In this document: positions 10,840 to 20,982 of the stretch, piece by piece
Layout: each line of letters opens with the position of its first letter
How positions within the stretch are numbered: position 1 is the first letter of the stretch
Source: an uncultured Candidatus Rokubacteria bacterium
GTDB lineage: Bacteria > Methylomirabilota > Methylomirabilia > Rokubacteriales > DASRDR01
Assembly (NCBI GenBank): GCA_963708025.1
Contig: CAVPSB010000014.1
Location: forward strand, 32,001 to 96,000
Length of the DNA stretch: 64,000 nucleotides
Reading direction: 5' to 3'
Position numbers and translations under genes: made by a program
The notes under the pieces: generated by a model
Databases searched by the model: none
Told to the model about the DNA's origin: nothing
What the model saw: only the letters and a program-made list of their open reading frames with translations

Positions 10840-11322
10840 ATGCCTGCCAACGGTCCCTCACAGGCGGAGCGTGGCTATGTCATTCAGCAGGAAGTGCACG
10901 GGGCAGTGCTGACGTACGATCGGGCTGGTCACATCATCGACAAACCAGCCAGCACCACACAGGACGCCGGACCCTTCTCCCACTTGGAGATCCGATTGAA
11001 CAGGGCGAGCGAGACCTGGCGGCAAGTTGAAACCGCCCATACTCCCGGTGACAAAGTTCACATCAAGGTAGCTGGAGCGGAAGGGGGGTTCACGTACAAG
11101 ATCAAGCGGGATCTTACGTTCGATCGAACTCGTCCACCTGTGTCGGGGCAGGTCTCGGAGCTTCGCGTGAGGGTCAATTCGGGTAACGAGGAATCCGTGA
11201 TCGATATCTTCCAGGGTTGCGGCCCGGACGATGACGTGGTCTTCATTGTCACACAGAGCAGCCCCACCTGCCGGTACCGGCTGAACCAAGCCACCGGCCA
11301 ATGGGAGCGCGTCTGCGGCTGA
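10840..11322 (+). CDS. Hypothetical protein (160 aa) with C-terminal Cys-x14-Cys tail
   Basis: ATG preceded by GAGGAG; lower GC; ends VFIVTQSSPTCRYRLNQATGQWERVCG; no recognised family. Confidence 0.75.
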   Translation: MPANGPSQAERGYVIQQEVHGAVLTYDRAGHIIDKPASTTQDAGPFSHLEIRLNRASETWRQVETAHTPGDKVHIKVAGAEGGFTYKIKRDLTFDRTRPPVSGQVSELRVRVNSGNEESVIDIFQGCGPDDDVVFIVTQSSPTCRYRLNQATGQWERVCG

Positions 11323-11482
11323 GTCGGAACGCGAGCACCTAGGCACCGGGGAGCATCGTTTCCGGTCACTGCTCAGGAGACCGGTGTCGGGAATCTCCTC
11401 CTGAGGATGCGTGCGCCGGACTGGCGATCGCCGCGGCCACTCGGGGCGGGAGTGGGAGTACAGGACTGTAGGCAGATGGTAG

Positions 11483-11629
11483 ATGGCAGTGCTCGGCCGG
11501 TACAACGCTGTCGGTGTCAACATCGTCGGCATCGTGTTCGTCAAGAGTGAGAACGGCCCGGCCACCTGCTCGGCGTGGCTCGGAACTCGTGAAGTATACT
11601 TGGTCATGCTGAGCGAGAGCCACGCCTGA
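11483..11629 (+). CDS. Possible small protein or gene remnant (48 aa)
   Basis: Read by hand: MAVLGRYNAVGVNIVGIVFVKSENGPATCSAWLGTREVYLVMLSESHA; weak RBS. Confidence 0.25.
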   Translation: MAVLGRYNAVGVNIVGIVFVKSENGPATCSAWLGTREVYLVMLSESHA

Positions 11630-11703
11630 TCGGAATATCGGCGGCTGGGCCCGGCGCTGTCACGCAGCCCGGGCCCGGACCGCGTCAGCCAGGGAGGCCA
11701 CTC

Positions 11704-13137
11704 GTGCCCGACCGGGATCTCTGCTTCACCCCCGCCACCGAGCTGGTCCGGCTGTTCCGCGCGCGGAAGGCGTCGCCGCTCGAGGTCATGCAGGCGGTGC
11801 TGGCGCGCATCGACGCCGTGAACCCCCGGCTCAACGCCTACGTCACGCTGGCCCGGGAGTCGGCGCTGGCCGGTGCCCGGGCCGCGACCCGGGCGCTCAA
11901 GCGCGGCGCCAAGCTGCCGCCGCTCCACGGCGTGCCGGTGTCGATCAAGGACCTGACGCCGACCAAGGGCCTCCGCACGACCTGGGGGTCGAAGATCTAC
12001 GCCGACCACGTGCCCGACGAGGACGCGCTGATCGTCCAGCGCCTGAAGGCGGCCGGCGCCATCGTCGTGGGCAAGACCAACACGCCGGAGTTCGGGGCGG
12101 GCGGGAACACCTTCAACGCCGTGTTCGGCGCGACGCGGAACCCGTGGAACCCCGCGCTGACCTGCGGGGGCTCGAGCGGCGGCGCCGCCGTGGCGCTGGC
12201 CACCGGGATGGGGCCGCTGGCCCAGGGCTCGGACCTGGGCGGCTCGCTGCGGATGCCCGCGGCCTTCTGCGGCGTGGTCGGGTTCCGGACGACGGCGGGG
12301 CTCGTCCCGGTCTACCCGAAGGAGCTGGGCTGGGACGGGCTCGCCGTCTCCGGCCCGATGGCGCGGACGATCGCCGACATCGCGCTCATGCTCTCGGTCA
12401 TCGCGGGCCCCGACGACCGGGCGCCGCTCTCCTACGCGGTGGACACCCGGGAGTTCCCGCGGGCCGTGAAGGCGCCGTCGGTCAAGGGCTGGCGGGTCGC
12501 CTGGACGCCCGACCTGAACGGCCTGATCCCGGTGGACTCCGAGGTGATCCGGGTCGCGGAGGGCGCGACGCGCGTCTTCCGGTCGCTGGGCGCCCGGGTC
12601 GAGGCCGCCTGCTGCGACTTCTCGGAGGTGGAGGAGATCGTCATGGCCACCCGGGGCCTGTCGATGGTCGCGCTCCACGCGGACAAGCTCCCCCGCTGGA
12701 AGGCCGAGATGCAGCCGGGCCTGGTCTGGAACATCGAGCAGGGGCTGGGCCTCACGCCCCAGGCCATCGCGCGGGGCGAGAAGGCCCGCACGGCGCTCTG
12801 GCACCGGGTGCGGACGTTCATGGAGGGCTACGACCTCCTGATCCTCCCGACCACGGCGGTGACGCCGTTCCCGGTCGAGCAGCCCTATCCGACCGAGCTC
12901 GACGGGAAGCCGCTCGACAACTACATCCAGTGGGCCTACCTGACCTACGGCATCACGGTGACCGGGCTCCCGGTGATCTCGGTCCCGTGCGGGTTCACGC
13001 GGGCCGGCCTGCCGGTCGGCCTGCAGATCGTGGGGCGCCGGCGCCAGGAGACGGCGGTGCTGCGGGCGGCGGCCGCCTTCGAGGCGGCGGCGCCGTGGGC
13101 CGATCGGATCCCGCCGGTGGTCCCGGGAAGGGCGTGA
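11704..13137 (+). CDS. Amidase (amidase-signature family)
   Basis: GVPVSIKD, GKTNTPEF, GGSSGG, GSDLGGSLRMPA, GLPVGLQIVG. Confidence 0.95.
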   Translation: MPDRDLCFTPATELVRLFRARKASPLEVMQAVLARIDAVNPRLNAYVTLARESALAGARAATRALKRGAKLPPLHGVPVSIKDLTPTKGLRTTWGSKIYADHVPDEDALIVQRLKAAGAIVVGKTNTPEFGAGGNTFNAVFGATRNPWNPALTCGGSSGGAAVALATGMGPLAQGSDLGGSLRMPAAFCGVVGFRTTAGLVPVYPKELGWDGLAVSGPMARTIADIALMLSVIAGPDDRAPLSYAVDTREFPRAVKAPSVKGWRVAWTPDLNGLIPVDSEVIRVAEGATRVFRSLGARVEAACCDFSEVEEIVMATRGLSMVALHADKLPRWKAEMQPGLVWNIEQGLGLTPQAIARGEKARTALWHRVRTFMEGYDLLILPTTAVTPFPVEQPYPTELDGKPLDNYIQWAYLTYGITVTGLPVISVPCGFTRAGLPVGLQIVGRRRQETAVLRAAAAFEAAAPWADRIPPVVPGRA

Positions 13138-13144
13138 GCCGTCG

Positions 13145-14092
13145 ATGACCGCCGACCGAGCGCACCGACTCGACGCCAGCCTGGTCCACTACGAGTGGAA
13201 CAACGCGATCCCCCCGCGCCTGACCATCGGGCCCGGCGACACGGTCGTGGTCGACACCCGGGACGCCGCCGACGGCTACTACACCCTCGACTCCACCGAC
13301 GCCGACGTCGCCGCCCGCGGCGCGTTCCGGGGCCACCCCCTGACCGGCCCGATCCGGGTCGAGGGCGCCCGGCCCGGCGATGCGCTGGCCGTGGAGATCC
13401 TGGAGGTGCGCCCGGCGACCTTCGGCTGGACCCATATCCGCCCGGGGCGCGGTCTCCTGCCGGAGGTCGAGTTCCCGAAGCCGTTCCTCCAGCTCTGGGA
13501 CCTCGGCGACCGGACCCACGCCCGGATGCGCGGGCGGCGGAAGCCGGCGGTGGCCGTCCCGATGGCGCCGTTTCCCGGGGTCCTGGGTGTCGCCCTCGAC
13601 GAGCCGGGCGGCCACAGCACGATGCCGCCCCGGAAGAACGGCGGCAACATGGACATCCGGCAGGTCACGGCGGGCTCGACGGTCTACCTGCCGGTCTGGG
13701 TCGAGGGGGCGCTCCTGAGCGTCGGCGACGCCCACGCGGTCCAGGGCGACGGCGAGGTGTGCATCAGCGCGGTCGAGATGTCGGCGCAGGTCACGATGCG
13801 GGTCGGCCTCCAGCCGGGCCGGTCGCTCTACGAGCCCCAGCTCCGCACCCGCGGCCCGCTGGCCGTGGACGGCGGGCCCTACTTCGTGACGACCGCGCAC
13901 GGTCCCGACCTCTTCCCGGCCGCCCAGCAGGCGATCCGCTACATGGTCGACCACCTGGTCGCCGAGCGCGGCCTCTCCCGCGAGGAGGCGTACGTCGTCT
14001 GCAGCGTGGCGGTCGATCTCAAGATCAGCGAGATCGTCGACGCGCCGAACTGGATCGTCTCGGCTTTCCTGCCGGAAGCGATCTTCGCGTAG
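13145..14092 (+). CDS. Acetamidase/formamidase family protein
   Basis: HPLTGPI.VEGA.PGD, NGGNMD, GDAHAVQGDGEV, VDLKISEIVD. Confidence 0.95.
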   Translation: MTADRAHRLDASLVHYEWNNAIPPRLTIGPGDTVVVDTRDAADGYYTLDSTDADVAARGAFRGHPLTGPIRVEGARPGDALAVEILEVRPATFGWTHIRPGRGLLPEVEFPKPFLQLWDLGDRTHARMRGRRKPAVAVPMAPFPGVLGVALDEPGGHSTMPPRKNGGNMDIRQVTAGSTVYLPVWVEGALLSVGDAHAVQGDGEVCISAVEMSAQVTMRVGLQPGRSLYEPQLRTRGPLAVDGGPYFVTTAHGPDLFPAAQQAIRYMVDHLVAERGLSREEAYVVCSVAVDLKISEIVDAPNWIVSAFLPEAIFA

Positions 14093-14183
14093 CCGCCGCG
14101 CCCGGTTGTTCGCGGACACGCCGCCGCGGTACAGTGGCTCCACCGCGTGGCGCGGTTCACCAACCAACCGACAGGAGGGCGGC

Positions 14184-14507
14184 GTGATCTACGAGATGCG
14201 GATGTACGAGGTGCTGCCGGGCCGGATGCCGGCCATGCACGCGCGCTTCCAGAACCACACCCTCGGCTTCTTCAGGAAGCACGGCATCAAGGTGATCGGC
14301 TTCTGGGAGGCGGAGATCGGCACCAGCGGCGTGCTGAACTACCTGGTCGCCTTCGACGACCTCGCCCACCGCGAGCGCGCGTGGGCCGCCTTCCGGTCGG
14401 ACAAGGACTGGCAGCGGGTCCGCGACGAGTCCCATCGGGACGGTCAGATCGTGGCCCGCATCCGCAGCGAGATCTGGCAACCGACCCCGTACTCGCCGCT
14501 CCAGTAA
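14184..14507 (+). CDS. NIPSNAP family protein
   Basis: IYEMRMYEVLPG, RERAWAAF..D.DW, PTPYSPLQ; GGAGG RBS before GTG 14184. Confidence 0.92.
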   Translation: MIYEMRMYEVLPGRMPAMHARFQNHTLGFFRKHGIKVIGFWEAEIGTSGVLNYLVAFDDLAHRERAWAAFRSDKDWQRVRDESHRDGQIVARIRSEIWQPTPYSPLQ

Positions 14508-14551
14508 CCACGACGACCGACCACCCGCCACCACCCGAAGGAGGTCTTCCC

Positions 14552-14827
14552 ATGGCCGTGTACATGGTCGAGCGAGAGCTGAAGGGCATCACGATGGACC
14601 AGCTGGCCGCCGCCCAGAAGAAGGCGATCGAGACGGGGAAGCAGATGACCGCGCAGGGGAAGAAGGTCCGCTACATCCGGAGCACCTTCGTTCCGGGCGA
14701 GGCGCGCTGCATGTGCCTGTTCGAGGCGCCGAACCCGGAGGTCGTGAAGGAGCTGAACGAGACCGCCAAGATCCCGTTCTCGCGGGTCGTCGAGGCGATG
14801 GACCTGACCCCGAGCGGGTCGGCGTAG
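14552..14827 (+). CDS. DUF4242 (SCO4226-like) small protein
   Basis: YMVERE, RYIRS, CMCLFEAPN; GGAGG RBS. Confidence 0.85.
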   Translation: MAVYMVERELKGITMDQLAAAQKKAIETGKQMTAQGKKVRYIRSTFVPGEARCMCLFEAPNPEVVKELNETAKIPFSRVVEAMDLTPSGSA

Positions 14828-14837
14828 GACGGATCGG

Positions 14838-14890
14838 CCCCACCCTCACCCCACCCCTCTCCCTCCCGAGGGAGGGAGAGGGAGCGGAGA
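14838..14890 (+). repeat. REP-like palindromic repeat family B (CCCTCACCCC..CCCTCTCCC hairpin)
   Basis: CCCTCTCCCTCCC-GA-GGGAGGGAGAGGG stem between convergent genes; similar copies at 20950, 20999, 55224. Confidence 0.85.
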
Positions 14891-14891
14891 G

Positions 14892-15485
14892 TCACCTCTT
14901 GCGTTTCTTGGGCGCGGTCTTGCGTGCCGCTACTCGGACCGCGCGTTTCGGGGCCGGCGGCCGGGGCGGCTTGCGTCGGGCCTTGAGCAGGCCGCGGATG
15001 TAGGACGCCTCGCCGGCGTGCAGGTGGCAGTCCGTCAGGATGCTCACGAGGCGGACGCCGACCGTCGGCAACGGTCGCTGCCACGGCTCGTCCAGCTCGC
15101 GGTCGAGCTCCGAGGCGGCGAGCGCGCCCAGGTACTGCTTCGTCCGCTCCACCGTGGCCCGCAGGTAGTCGAGCTGGATCTTCGCGCTGGGAGACCTGAA
15201 GGCTCGCACCTGCGCCGCGGTGTGCTGGTACCCCGAATCCTCGGGGTCGGGGGGCCGCCCGAACTTCGCGTGCCAGCCGTCGCGCGTCCAGAGCGACGCC
15301 TCGCCCATGAGGTCGGCGATCTGGCCGTCCTGCACCCGGGTCAGGTGCCAGGCCGTCCAGCCGATGCTGTTGCAGTCCGGGTGGGGCTGCCAGTCGAGAT
15401 CAGCCGCGGGAAGGCCGCGTAGCACCCCCTCCATCAGCTCCGGCAACCGGTCGTAGCCGTCCACGATCAGCTCGCGCCATTCCAC
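14892..15485 (-). CDS. DinB/DUF664 family protein with basic C-terminal tail
   Basis: NSIGWTAWHLTRVQD and HLHAGEASYIRG DinB motifs; GGAG RBS before GTG 15485. Confidence 0.88.
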   Translation of the reverse strand: MEWRELIVDGYDRLPELMEGVLRGLPAADLDWQPHPDCNSIGWTAWHLTRVQDGQIADLMGEASLWTRDGWHAKFGRPPDPEDSGYQHTAAQVRAFRSPSAKIQLDYLRATVERTKQYLGALAASELDRELDEPWQRPLPTVGVRLVSILTDCHLHAGEASYIRGLLKARRKPPRPPAPKRAVRVAARKTAPKKRKR

Positions 15486-15606
15486 GCCCTGCTCCTTGGC
15501 TGGCTGTTTCGGTCGCACGAGGTTGAAGCGGCTGCCCGCACTTGTAGCGCGACGTCTGGCCGCGGTCAAGACCCCGAGCGGCAGCGGGCGGCGGCGGGTG
15601 TCCGGG

Positions 15607-16734
15607 CTAGGGCTTGGCCGGACAGGCGGCCTTCAGCGCGGCCCACCCCTCGGGCGACAGCAGCGGCGTCGGGGGGGCGGCGGGCGCGGCGGCGGCGAGG
15701 GCTCGCAGGCCCGCGATCCGCGCCTCGGTCGCCGGATGCGTGGAGACGTAGGCCAGGGCGCCGGGAAGCTTCAGCTCGGTCTGCCGGAGTGACTCGAAGA
15801 AGGCGATCATCCCCCTCGGGTCGATGCCGGCGGACCGGAGCAGCCGGAGTCCCTCGACGTCCGCCTCCTCCTCGTTCTGGCGGCTGTAGCGAAGCGTCCC
15901 GAGCGTGCGGGCGGCCTCGACGGCGTAGGCGGCCGTGCCGGTGGCGTCGCCGGTCACCGCGGCCAGCAGGATCCCGGCGGACGCGTGCTGGAAGAGCGCG
16001 CGGGTGACGTGGCGCCGGAGGACGTGCTGCACCTCGTGCGCAAGGACGCCGGCCATCTCTTCCGGGCTATTCGCCCGCTCGATCAGGCCCCGGTAGACGA
16101 CGACGTACCCGCCGGGGGCCGCGAACGCATTCACCGGCTTCCGGTCGACCGCGAAGACGCGGAAAGTGTACGGCGAACCGGGGACCGCGGACGTCAGCCT
16201 CGTCACGATCGCCTCGAGCTGCCGGATCCCCTCCGCGCCGGTGCACCGCTCCCGGACGGGCGCGAACTGCTCCACCACGCTGCGGCCGAGCTGCTCCTCC
16301 CACGACACCGGCACCCGGGCGGCGACGACCGACGCGGCGAAGGGGATCACCCACAGATAGAGGACGGCGGCGGTGGCGATGGCCGCGACGCCTGCGGCCA
16401 GGACGAGGGGGATGCGCCGCCGGCGCCGGGCCGGGTCGTGGAAGTGACGGGCGGCGCGGGGCGCGATGCGGTGGAGGGCGGTGAGGACGCCGACGTCCGG
16501 GATCAGGAGGGCTTCGGCCAGCTCGCCGCCGTGCTCGAGCCGGACCAGCTCACCCGCGTAGGTGCCCTGCGTCTGCCGGATCTCGCCGTACGGCCACCAG
16601 AGCCGGGCCCCGTCCTCGGTCACGATCTCCAGGCCGGTGGGCTGGAGATGGACCCGGGCGCGCTGGCGGGCGGCCGTCCGGCCGTCCAGGTAGTGCGCGT
16701 CCCACTCCCGGGCGACGGCGGCCGGCCGCGTCAC
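15607..16734 (-). CDS. M48 family Zn metallopeptidase
   Basis: VNAFAAPGG, AGVLAHEVQHV (HExxH), YSRQNEEEAD, STHP; translationally coupled to DUF898 gene. Confidence 0.92.
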   Translation of the reverse strand: MTRPAAVAREWDAHYLDGRTAARQRARVHLQPTGLEIVTEDGARLWWPYGEIRQTQGTYAGELVRLEHGGELAEALLIPDVGVLTALHRIAPRAARHFHDPARRRRRIPLVLAAGVAAIATAAVLYLWVIPFAASVVAARVPVSWEEQLGRSVVEQFAPVRERCTGAEGIRQLEAIVTRLTSAVPGSPYTFRVFAVDRKPVNAFAAPGGYVVVYRGLIERANSPEEMAGVLAHEVQHVLRRHVTRALFQHASAGILLAAVTGDATGTAAYAVEAARTLGTLRYSRQNEEEADVEGLRLLRSAGIDPRGMIAFFESLRQTELKLPGALAYVSTHPATEARIAGLRALAAAAPAAPPTPLLSPEGWAALKAACPAKP

Positions 16735-17849
16735 CCGTCGAGGTCGAGTCCCGCGTCGAGGAAGCCGGCCAGCCCTTCGCCGGTCGCCGACGCCGGCTGG
16801 GCCTCCTGGGCGATGCCGTCCAGGTCGAGGGGGCCGGCGAGCGCGAGGTACTGGAAGGTGAACCGCGTCGTCCGCACCATCACCCACGGCAAGGCGAAGC
16901 CGAGCGTCAGCAGGAGGAGCAGGAGGTTCACGGCGTGCAGCCCGAAGAGCCCGCCGCCGGTCACCGTGGAGCGGAAGCGGGCGCCGCCGAAGGAGGTGTG
17001 GTCCCACATGTACCGCTGCCGGCGCGCCCGGAACCAGAACCAGTAGAGGCCGAGCGTCGGGAGCCACAGCAGGAATGCCACGGCGTAGATCCGGAAGAGG
17101 TCGCGCGGGCTCCCGTCGAACGCGAAGCGCCGGCTCCCGAAGTACGAGTGGGACACCAGGAACGTCTGTCGGCGCGCCACGAACACGGGATAGTACAGGC
17201 CGAGGGTGACCAGCGTCAGGAGCCCGCCCTTCAGGAAGAGCTTCATGAAGTCGAGGGCCCGACCCCGGAAGGAGAAGCGGATGCCGCGCCAGGAGGTGCG
17301 GCTCAGGCGATAGCGTCGGGCGCCGACGATGGCGAAGGGGATCAGCACGCCGATGATCGCATACGCCAGCACGATGGCGCCGACCGTCAGCCAGACGTCG
17401 AGCTCGAGCGACGGGACCACGTTGAGGATGAGGGCCGGCACCATGAAGAGCAGGCCGGCCTTCAGCGTGCCGTTGAGCAGCTCCCGGCCGGTGCCGTGAT
17501 ACGCGAAGCGATCGCCCTCGAGCTCGGTCTGGCTCATGAGATAGCGGCGGATCCGCACCTTCGCCCAGAAGCTGTAGATGCCGAGGGTGACGAGCGACAG
17601 CAAGACGGTGACGACGAAGATGCCGAACAGCGCCGCGCCCGTGCCGTGGAAGGTGAGGTGGTGCTCGGGGCCGCCGGACGCGGGCGGGGTCGCGGCCGCG
17701 GTCGCGGGCGTCGGGGGCGGCGCCGCCCGGGGCGGTGCCCCCCGGGGCGGGGCGGCGTCCCCCCACAGGCTTCCCATCGCCGCCGTCGGGTCGATCGGTG
17801 CGGTGCGCTTGCCGGCCCGGGTGTCGGTTCCGCCTGATGGCTCCGCCAT
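16731..17849 (-). CDS. YjgN/DUF898 family inner-membrane protein
   Basis: FHGTG..LFGI, VTLGIYSFWAKVR, RTSWRGIRFSF, repeated TLGLY. Confidence 0.92.
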   Translation of the reverse strand: MAEPSGGTDTRAGKRTAPIDPTAAMGSLWGDAAPPRGAPPRAAPPPTPATAAATPPASGGPEHHLTFHGTGAALFGIFVVTVLLSLVTLGIYSFWAKVRIRRYLMSQTELEGDRFAYHGTGRELLNGTLKAGLLFMVPALILNVVPSLELDVWLTVGAIVLAYAIIGVLIPFAIVGARRYRLSRTSWRGIRFSFRGRALDFMKLFLKGGLLTLVTLGLYYPVFVARRQTFLVSHSYFGSRRFAFDGSPRDLFRIYAVAFLLWLPTLGLYWFWFRARRQRYMWDHTSFGGARFRSTVTGGGLFGLHAVNLLLLLLTLGFALPWVMVRTTRFTFQYLALAGPLDLDGIAQEAQPASATGEGLAGFLDAGLDLDG

Positions 17850-18035
17850 GACATGGCCCTCCCTGGCCCACGTGTGGAACCTCCGTCGGGTGGCGGCACT
17901 CTAGCGGGTGGGGCCCGACGGAGTCAAGTTTTCGGGCGGTCCCGGGCTGGACGGTCGCGGGACAGGCGCGCGGACGGGCCTGGGTCCGCGGTGGGTCGGG
18001 GAGGGCGGCCTCCCGGGCGCGAGGAGCGCCGAAGA

Positions 18036-19716
18036 TCAGGGGATCGGGACCGGGCCCTCCATGACGACGTCCACGAGCGACGGCCCCTCGTGGGCGAGCG
18101 CGTCGCGCAGGGCGGGCGCCAGCTCGTCCGGGTGCTCCACGCGCCGGCCGGGCACGCCCATCGACTCCGCCATCCGATCGAAGCGCAGCTCGGGGTCGGT
18201 GAGGTCCATGCCGATGAACCGCCGGTCCCGCGCCGCCGTCCCCAGGTACTCCACCATGTTCAGCTTGAGGATGCGATAGGACGCGTTGTTGAGCATGACG
18301 AAGGTGGCCGGGATCCGATGGTGGGCGGCGGTCCACAGGGCGGTGATGCTGTACATGGCGGCGCCGTCGGAGCACACCCCGACCACCTTGCGGGAGGGCT
18401 GGGCGAGCTGGGCGCCCAGCGTTCCGGGCAGCCCGGGCCCGATGCCGCCGCCCCGCGACCGCATCAGGCGGCCGGGCGCGGTCGGCGACATCGCGGCCGC
18501 CAGGTGGTGCGCGTTGGTGATGGCCTCCGCGAACACCATGGCGTCGTCCGGCAGCGCGTGGCGGATCTCGTGCATCAGGCGGGGGGCGCTGATGGGTTTG
18601 GCGTCCCAGCTCTTCTTGGCCTCCTCCCAGTAGCGGGCGCGCTGGGCCCGGGTCCGCTCGCCGATGCGGGCCGCGCGCTCGGCGGCCACGCCGGCCTGGG
18701 CGGGCGTACGGAGGCGCCCGACCTGCTCGGCCAGCTCGGCCAGGGCCGCCTTGGGATCGGCGAGCAGCGCGACGTCGGGGGTGAAGTTCTTGCCGATCTC
18801 CCAGGCGTCGAGGTCGATCTGGATGACCCGGGCGCCGGGCGGGAGCGGGCTCCGCTCGGGCTCGGGGAAGATCAGCCGGAAGAGCGGCGCGCCGACCACG
18901 AGGAGCACGTCGCACCCCTCCAGGATGGCGCGCACCGGGCCCGGCCCGACGAAGTTGACGCTGCCCAGGTAGAGCGGGTGCTTGGTCGAGACGTTGAACT
19001 CGGAGGCGTAGCACTCGAAGATCGGGGCGCCGAGCGCTTCGGCGACCGCCGCCACCTCGGGCTGGGCCTCGGCCAGGGCCACGCTGTCGCCGACCATCAG
19101 CATGGGACGCTCGGCCGCCAGCAAGAGCCGCGCCACCTCCGTCATGGCCGCGGGGTTGACCCGCCCGCGCCAGTTCGTGAACGTCGTCGGCACGATGTTC
19201 GACCTCGGCCTCGCCGTCGAGGACGTCGAGGGGGAGCGAGAGGAAGACCGGTCCCGGGGGCGGCTCCATGGCGGTCTTGAAGGCGCGCCGCAGCGCGCGC
19301 GGCACGTCGTGGGCGTGCTGGACCTCCGCCGCCCACTTGGTCAGGGGGCGCGCCATCTCGACCAGGGGGCTCGACAGGAGCGGCTCCTGGAGCGCGGCGC
19401 TGCTCGGCGAGTGGCCGGCGTAGACCACCATCGGGGTCTTCCCGGTCCGCGCGTTGTAGATCATTCCCAGGGCGTTCCCGAGCCCGGGGCCGGTGTGGAC
19501 CTCGACGAAGGCCGGACGGCGCGCGGCGCGCGCGTAGGCGTCGGCCATCCCGACGGCGACGCCCTCGTGGAGGGCCAGGATGAACTCGACCTGCGGATAC
19601 TCCTGGAGGACGTCCATGAAGCCCTGCTCGGTGGTGCCGGGGTTGCCGAAGACGTACCGCACCCCGTCGGCGACGAGCTGCTCCACGAGCGCGCGCTTTC
19701 CGGTCAATCGTGCCAC
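18036..19716 (-). CDS. ThDP-dependent enzyme, benzoylformate decarboxylase-like (one frameshift near 19200)
   Basis: YVFGNPGTTE, LHEGVAVGMADAY and GPVFLSLP in one frame; SDGAAMY...NNASYRILK ThDP motif in the other. Confidence 0.9.
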
Positions 19717-19875
19717 GATGATGTCTCCTCGGTGAGGGGCCCCCGAAGCCGAGGACGCTCACCGCCATGTCGGTCCGGCCGAGCTGCCGTCGCTCCATCG
19801 CTGAGGGTGGATCGTAGCACGGCCCCTCGGGCCGCGCTGACGCCCTCCGGCGCCGGCCTCGTGTACGATGGCGAG

Positions 19876-20982
19876 GTGCTGCCCCGGTTCGGTCTGAACC
19901 GCTTCGAGGCCCGCTCGGTGGAGGCGTTCGCCGCGGACGTGCGCCGGGCGGAGACGCTCGGGTGGGATGCGGCGTTCCAGCCGGACTCCCAGCTCCGGCG
20001 CCGCGACACCTACGTCTTGCTGGCGGCGGCGGCCCGGGCGACCGAGCGCATCGTGCTGGGGCCGCTGCTCGCGAATCCCGTGAACCGGCACCCCACGGTG
20101 ACCGCGTCGTCGATCGCGACGATCGACGAGCTGGCCCCCGGGCGCACGCTGCTCGGCTGGGGCGTCGGCGACACCGCCGTCCGGCTGGCCGGGCTCCGGC
20201 CGGCGCGCGTCGAGGAGCTCGAGGCGAGCACGCGGCTGATGCGCGCGCTCCTGGACGGCGAGCCGGTTGACGTCGGGGCGGCGCGGCCCGCGCGGCTGCC
20301 GCACCACCGGCCGGTGCCGATCTGGATCGCGGCGGGGGGCCCCCGCACGCTGCGGATGGCCGGCGGCGTGGCCGATGGCGTCTTCATCCGCGTCGGCACG
20401 CATCCGGCGAACATCGCGAGCGCCGTCGAGGCGGTCCGCGCCGGCGCCGTCGACGCCGGGCGGGACCCGGCGGCCGTCCGCCTGGGCGCCGTGTTCCACA
20501 CCGTGCTGGTGGACGACGCGGAGCGCGCGCTGGCGATGGCCCGGTCCATGGCGGCCGGCTACTACGAGTACTCGCCGACGCTCTTCGCCGCCCCGGGTCT
20601 CGCCTGGGCGGGCCCGGACCCGGAGACGCTCAAGCGCCAGCACGGGGTCTGGCCCGACTTCCACCACGCGCCGGACCTCGAGGCCAGCGGGCACGCCGTC
20701 GGCTTCCTGCCCGACCGCGCCGCCGATGCGTTCAGCCTGCGGGGCGGGCCGGCCGAGGTCGCCGAGCGGCTGACCGCCCTGCTCCGCGCGGCGCCGGCCC
20801 GGTTCGACCACGTCGTCCTGCAGCCGATCCCGAGCCCGCCGGAGCCCGACGATCCCGAGCGCGGGTACATGACGCGGATGGCGCGCGAGGTGCTGCCTCG
20901 CGTGCGCGGGGCGAGGCCGGTCGCCGGGCCCCTAGCCCGGAGCTTCTTTTCCCTCTCCCCCAAAGGGGGAGAGGGAGGGTGA
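19876..20982 (+). CDS. LLM-class flavin-dependent oxidoreductase (Mer-like)
   Basis: ATERIVLG, NPVNRHPTVTASSIATIDELAPGR, PIWIAAGGPRTL; 3' end runs into a REP-like repeat. Confidence 0.9.
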   Translation: MLPRFGLNRFEARSVEAFAADVRRAETLGWDAAFQPDSQLRRRDTYVLLAAAARATERIVLGPLLANPVNRHPTVTASSIATIDELAPGRTLLGWGVGDTAVRLAGLRPARVEELEASTRLMRALLDGEPVDVGAARPARLPHHRPVPIWIAAGGPRTLRMAGGVADGVFIRVGTHPANIASAVEAVRAGAVDAGRDPAAVRLGAVFHTVLVDDAERALAMARSMAAGYYEYSPTLFAAPGLAWAGPDPETLKRQHGVWPDFHHAPDLEASGHAVGFLPDRAADAFSLRGGPAEVAERLTALLRAAPARFDHVVLQPIPSPPEPDDPERGYMTRMAREVLPRVRGARPVAGPLARSFFSLSPKGGEGG

